DNA of 64,000 bases from Octopus sinensis (taxonomy: Eukaryota): NCBI RefSeq assembly GCF_006345805.1, contig NC_043001.1, positions 47,430,001 to 47,494,000 of the forward strand. The letters run 5' to 3'. This document shows positions 63,908-64,000 of the stretch, piece by piece (position 1 is the stretch's first letter; every line of letters starts with the position of its first letter). A model generated the notes under the pieces. The model was not told the origin of the DNA. It worked only from the letters and a program-made list of their open reading frames with translations, and did not search any database. Position numbers and translations under genes: made by a program.

Positions 63908-64000
63908 GACGTATGGAGGTACAGTTACTTTTCTACATTAAAATCAGATTTAATTAAGCTGACAGTCGTTTATGATTGAAATTACTACATTAACTGAAGT

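Overview
AT-rich, repeat-dense eukaryotic non-coding DNA (intergenic or giant-intron type). The SINE families and extreme microsatellite load point to a coleoid cephalopod, most likely Octopus (inferred from pattern recognition, not a database search). No intact protein-coding gene can be identified with confidence. Almost all ORFs in the supplied track are microsatellite or low-complexity artefacts, and there is no CRISPR array, rRNA or true tRNA gene. The window holds: dozens of tRNA-derived SINE copies from several modular families (including a dimeric form); decayed fragments of RTE, L1/Tx1, R4/Dong-like (RLE) and Penelope-like retroelements; mariner-, hAT- and Helentron-type non-autonomous elements; a 100-N gap; and a few low-confidence exon and regulatory candidates. 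The most striking unannotated signal is a set of hammerhead-ribozyme-like motifs. The best is a near-canonical type I hammerhead on a long extended helix I at 40281-40387 (+). Two minimal copies lie at 42013-42048 and 55081-55116 (-), and decayed relatives at 10.1, 10.35 and 54.75 kb. Several fold-back structures are also notable, especially a 51-bp hairpin that was apparently created during a SINE insertion at 50.1-50.5 kb.
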